Shown: positions 60,307-64,000 of the stretch, one piece after another | Layout of the letters: each line of letters starts with the position of its first letter | How positions within the stretch are numbered: the first letter of the stretch is position 1 | Origin: an uncultured Candidatus Binatia bacterium | GTDB taxonomy: Bacteria > Desulfobacterota > Binatia > UBA9968 > JAJDTQ01 | Length of the DNA: 64,000 nucleotides | NCBI GenBank assembly: GCA_965213675.1 | Contig: OZ243916.1 | Span: forward strand, 2,784,001 to 2,848,000 | Reading direction: 5' to 3' | Made by a program: the position numbers and the translations under genes | The notes under the pieces: generated by a model | The model's database searches: none | What the model saw: the letters and a program-made list of their open reading frames with translations, nothing else | What the model was told of the DNA's origin: nothing

Positions 60307-60735
60307 ATGGCGGATGAGGAAAAGAAATACCGGGTCTTGCGACGGTCGTCGGAGTTGAGCGTCCGGCTCACCGGTGATTCCGTGCCACAGGTGCTGGCGG
60401 ACGCGGGGAACGCGCTCTTCGATCTGCTCGTGAACCTCGACGCCGTGGAGACGCGGGAAAGCGTCACGGTGGAGGCCGAAGGCGTGGACCACGACGACCT
60501 CATGATAAACTGGATTCGGGAATTGCTCTACGAGTTCCAGGGGAGCGGCTACGTGCTGAAGGAGTTCGCCATTCACGAGGCCGGCGAGTTTTTCGTGCGC
60601 GCGGAGGCCCGCGGCGAGAAGTTCGATCCCGACCGCCACGAAGAGCGCGAGGCCATCGCCGCGGTGGACGAGCGTTCGAGTCACTTGGGGAAGATGGGCG
60701 ACCAGTGGACCGCCCAGGTGGGCTTCGAGTTGTGA
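60307..60735 (+). CDS. Archease-like protein with degenerate motifs
   Basis: Fold pattern (G......A..ALFDL, L.NW..ELLY, GEKFDP.RH) is retained, but DHTAD and KAVTYH are absent. Confidence 0.75.
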   Translation: MADEEKKYRVLRRSSELSVRLTGDSVPQVLADAGNALFDLLVNLDAVETRESVTVEAEGVDHDDLMINWIRELLYEFQGSGYVLKEFAIHEAGEFFVRAEARGEKFDPDRHEEREAIAAVDERSSHLGKMGDQWTAQVGFEL

Positions 60736-60814
60736 GAGAGGACGGTGCCGGTCATGCGGCGTAAGCGGGATGCGGTGAAGCCTCCGCGCTTCCGGGGAAG
60801 AGCCGGGGCTGTCC

Positions 60815-62179
60815 ATGCGTTCTGAGTACGATGGCTGTTCGCTCATCGCCGACCCGATCCACCGCTACATCCCCTTCACGGTGCCCGCGAAGCCGGGCGA
60901 GGTTACGGAAAAGGACCTGATCGACTCTCCCTGGTTCCAGCGCCTGCGCTACATTTTCCAGCTCCAGAGCGCCCGCTGGGTCTACCCCTCCGCCGAACAC
61001 AGCCGGTTTCAGCACTGCCTTGGAGCCATGCACCTGGCCGGGGCCTTTGCCCGCGGGTTGTACCCGTCGCTGCGCGAGGTGCTGGGCGACGCCTGTCCGT
61101 CCGCCAACTACGTGGAAGAGTACATGCGCGTCATCGGACTCTTGCACGACGTCGGCCACGGCCCGTTCTGCCACTTCTTCGACAACCACTTCCTCAGCAA
61201 GCACGGACTGATCCACGAGGACATCTCCCAAGTCATCATCCGCGAACACTTGGGCGAAGTCATCCGCGCCATCCGCCGCAGCCCGTCGGGCCCCTTTGCC
61301 GCGGGCGAGGAACTCGACCCGGACGAGATCGCCTTTCCCATCAAGAAGGACTCCGACGACGATCCCGCGCGCCCGCGCTGGGTGCGCTTCCTGCAGCCGC
61401 TCACCAACGGCATCTTCACCTTCGACAATCTCGACTACGTGTCGCGCGACTCGTACATGTGCGGCGTGGCCATCGGCCCCGTGGACCGCCAACGGCTGAT
61501 GTACTACACGTTCATCTCGCCCAAGGGGCTCACGCTGCATCGCTCCGGCGAGGGCGCCCTCACCATGTTCCTGAACGCGCGCAAATACCTCTACGAGAAC
61601 GTCTACTTCCACCGCACCACCCGGGCCATCGACGCGCACCTGCAGGAGCTGTTTCCGGAAACCATGCGGCAGATCGCTCCCGGGAATCCCCTGGAACACA
61701 TGGACCGCTATCTGCACCTGACGGACTGGTCGCTCCTGCAGGAGGTGTCCGGCTGGCGCCGGCACGGCACTCCGCTGGGACGCGAATGGGGGCGCATCCT
61801 GGACCGCAAGCTCAAGTGGCGGCTGGCCTACGAACGAAGCCTCGCGGGAGCCGAGCTCGACGCCGGGCTCGACGCCATCGGCGTGGATGACTGGGAGGCG
61901 CGCGTGCGCGACGCGTTGCCCGCCGATCAGCGCGGCCTGGTCTTCCGCGTGGACATCGCCAGCCAGGATTCGCGCCCCGAGAACCCCATGGCCATGGGCA
62001 AAAAGCAAATCCACACCTACGACCCCTCCAGCGGACACGTCACCAAGGAAACCATGGCCGAGCTCTTCGCCTACATCCCGTCCAAGATCGTCAAGTTCCG
62101 CGTCTTCGCCCTGGACCACGCCCACGACCGTCTGCTGGCCGCCGCCACCGAGGAGGTGTTCCAGAGCGCCGGAAAATGA
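60815..62179 (+). CDS. HD-domain phosphohydrolase (SAMHD1/dNTPase-like)
   Basis: DPIH, QRLR.I.QL, HSRFQH, LHDVGHGPF.H, D..DY..RD, VYFH. Confidence 0.9.
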   Translation: MRSEYDGCSLIADPIHRYIPFTVPAKPGEVTEKDLIDSPWFQRLRYIFQLQSARWVYPSAEHSRFQHCLGAMHLAGAFARGLYPSLREVLGDACPSANYVEEYMRVIGLLHDVGHGPFCHFFDNHFLSKHGLIHEDISQVIIREHLGEVIRAIRRSPSGPFAAGEELDPDEIAFPIKKDSDDDPARPRWVRFLQPLTNGIFTFDNLDYVSRDSYMCGVAIGPVDRQRLMYYTFISPKGLTLHRSGEGALTMFLNARKYLYENVYFHRTTRAIDAHLQELFPETMRQIAPGNPLEHMDRYLHLTDWSLLQEVSGWRRHGTPLGREWGRILDRKLKWRLAYERSLAGAELDAGLDAIGVDDWEARVRDALPADQRGLVFRVDIASQDSRPENPMAMGKKQIHTYDPSSGHVTKETMAELFAYIPSKIVKFRVFALDHAHDRLLAAATEEVFQSAGK

Positions 62180-62226
62180 GTATCGGCGCCTCGCTCAGGT
62201 GTTTTTCCGGTGGGGTTGGACCATTC

Positions 62227-63108
62227 TCAACGTTTCCACAGCCACCCCACGGCGTGGGTGCCGAGCACCAGCCCGCAACCCAGGGCGACCATGGTGGGGC
62301 CCAGCGGAAGATCGAAGCGGTAGCAGACCGCGAACCCCGCCACGCCGATGCCGGCGCCCGCCAGGGAGGCGGCGATGAAATAGGGTGCCATGCGCGATAC
62401 CAGAGGCCGCACGGCGATGGGCGGCAGCACCAGAAAGCCGAAGGTGAGCAGCGGCCCGGCCATGATCACGCCCAACGCCACGGTGACGCCGGCCAGGAGA
62501 TAGAGAAGGAGGTCCCAGACGGCGGCGTTCCCCTTCAGAAGGACCGTGAGGTCGCGATCGAACGATGAGATCAGCAACTCGCGGCGAAACAGGATCAGGC
62601 ACGCCATCACCACCGCGTAGACGCCGCCCAGGGTCGCGAACTCGGTCCAGGACAACACCACCGCCTCTCCCTTGACGAGGCTCAGGATCGCCACGTCGCC
62701 GAAGGGATGGAACGCCACGAAGAGGACGGAGAGCGACCCGGCCAGAGCGTAGACCACGGCCAGGCGGATCTCCGTGCCGGCGGCGCCGCGCCGCTCCATC
62801 AGGCCCAGCAGCACCATGCCGGCGAAGGTGAACAGCAACGAGCCGCCGTAGGCGAGCAGGCGCTCGACCTCGTGGGCGTCGCCCGACGTATGGCCCGGAT
62901 GCGGCACCAGCCCCACCTCATGCGCGAACAACGAGAACGCCACCCCCGCGGCCGCCAGTTGCGGCAGGGTCAGGCCCAGCAGCACGCTGCGCCTCAGCAC
63001 CAGGAAGCCTCCGACCACCGGACAGACCAACCCCAGGACGATGCTTCCGACCACTGCGGGAAACAGCACGAAGGAAGGGTGCAGGATTTCCGCGAGGGCG
63101 CCCGCCAC
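62227..63108 (-). CDS. Metal ABC transporter permease (ZnuB/MntB-like)
   Basis: Multiple TM segments, G.FLVLRR, SFDR, DLPLGP. Confidence 0.88.
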   Translation of the reverse strand: MAGALAEILHPSFVLFPAVVGSIVLGLVCPVVGGFLVLRRSVLLGLTLPQLAAAGVAFSLFAHEVGLVPHPGHTSGDAHEVERLLAYGGSLLFTFAGMVLLGLMERRGAAGTEIRLAVVYALAGSLSVLFVAFHPFGDVAILSLVKGEAVVLSWTEFATLGGVYAVVMACLILFRRELLISSFDRDLTVLLKGNAAVWDLLLYLLAGVTVALGVIMAGPLLTFGFLVLPPIAVRPLVSRMAPYFIAASLAGAGIGVAGFAVCYRFDLPLGPTMVALGCGLVLGTHAVGWLWKR

Positions 63109-63119
63109 GTCCGCTCACC

Positions 63120-63788
63120 CTACGCCGGCTCTTGCAAGCCGCCGTTGGAGGCACGGATCACGCGTCCACAGGTCCGGTCCAGGATCTCGCCGTCGTGGCT
63201 GGAAAGGACGATGGTCATCCGCGAGCCGTGGTTGAGGTCCACGAGTTGTTGTGCGATGTCTGCCTTGGAGTCCCGGTCGACGCCGGAAAACGGCTCGTCG
63301 AGAAGTAGCAGGGCCGGCTCCATGGTCAAGGCCCGGGCGATGAGAGCCCGCTGCCGCTGTCCGCCGGAGAGGTGCGCGAACACGGTCCGGCCCAGGCGGC
63401 CCAGCCCCACCCGATCAAGGGCCCTGTCCACCCGCCGTCTCTCGTCTCCGGAGAACAGCCGCCAGGGTCGAAGCCGCCCGTAGGCGCCCATGGCCGCCAC
63501 CTCCCACACGCTCAACGGAAAGTAGGCGCTCAGGGAATCGTTCTGGGGTACGTAGCCGAGCCGGGTGCGCGCGAGGTGGCGTTCCACTCTGCCGCCACGC
63601 AGCGGGAGCAGGCCCAGCATGGACCGGAGGAGGGTGGTCTTGCCGGACCCGTTGGCCCCCGCCAGCCCCACGAAGTCGCCAGCATGGATCTCCAGGTCGA
63701 CTCCTTCAAGCACCGGCTCGGCGCCGTACCCCAGACACGCGCCATGGAGGGCGATGACCGGATGCGCCGGCGCGGCCCCCTTGATCAC
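63120..63788 (-). CDS. Metal ABC transporter ATP-binding protein (ZnuC-like)
   Basis: GANGSGKTT, GYVPQ, LSGGQRQR, LLLDEP. Confidence 0.92.
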   Translation of the reverse strand: MIKGAAPAHPVIALHGACLGYGAEPVLEGVDLEIHAGDFVGLAGANGSGKTTLLRSMLGLLPLRGGRVERHLARTRLGYVPQNDSLSAYFPLSVWEVAAMGAYGRLRPWRLFSGDERRRVDRALDRVGLGRLGRTVFAHLSGGQRQRALIARALTMEPALLLLDEPFSGVDRDSKADIAQQLVDLNHGSRMTIVLSSHDGEILDRTCGRVIRASNGGLQEPA

Positions 63789-64000
63789 GGACCGGCGGCT
63801 TTCGACAGATGCGTGACCAGGTAGTCGATCAAACCGATGTAACTGTCGACGCCGGGCCGCCCGCCCACGTACAACGGAATGTGCGCCAACCTTGCACCCG
63901 TCTCGCTGGCGACGCGCTTCGGTACCCGGCTCGGATAGGTCCCGTACACCACCAGCGGGACCTTCGCGGCCTTCATCCGCTCCACCAGTTGGACGATGTG
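63785..64000 (-). CDS. Metal ABC transporter substrate-binding protein, C-terminal part
   Basis: HIVQLVERMK...A.ETGA....P..VGG...Y pattern; upstream of the ATPase; cut by the window edge. Confidence 0.75.
   Translation of the reverse strand, partial: HIVQLVERMKAAKVPLVVYGTYPSRVPKRVASETGARLAHIPLYVGGRPGVDSYIGLIDYLVTHLSKAAGP

Overview
High-GC bacterial chromosomal segment. The gene content (PilB/PilC/pilin, Mo-hydroxylases, NMT1-like binding proteins, an F420-type PPOX protein, recO-GlyRS-ppdK) suggests a Deltaproteobacteria-like lineage, possibly Binatia or Tectomicrobia; this is inference only. Housekeeping blocks: alr-purH-purD, purE, ppdK-glyQS-recO, grpE-dnaK-dnaJ-lon, thiL-larB-archease-HD protein, and a metal ABC transporter. 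The most notable accessory features are: (1) a coupled cysD-cysNC / DUF2236 (MpaB/Lcp-like) haem oxygenase / sulfotransferase operon with a convergent P450, which looks like a self-contained oxidise-and-sulfate module; (2) a small HExxH zinc-protease-like gene ending in a beta-clamp-like motif (QLSLL), divergent from an Lhr helicase; (3) an AT-richer stretch of defence-type gene fragments (16.7-18.6 kb) that still holds an intact, unannotated 42-aa Pro/Lys-rich peptide gene coupled to a DUF6338-like gene; (4) two ~165-bp MITE families bounded by CTAG that repeatedly sit at TAG stop codons, plus two REP-like palindrome families. No rRNA, tRNA, CRISPR array or intact transposase was seen. All family calls come from motif recognition by eye, not database searches.
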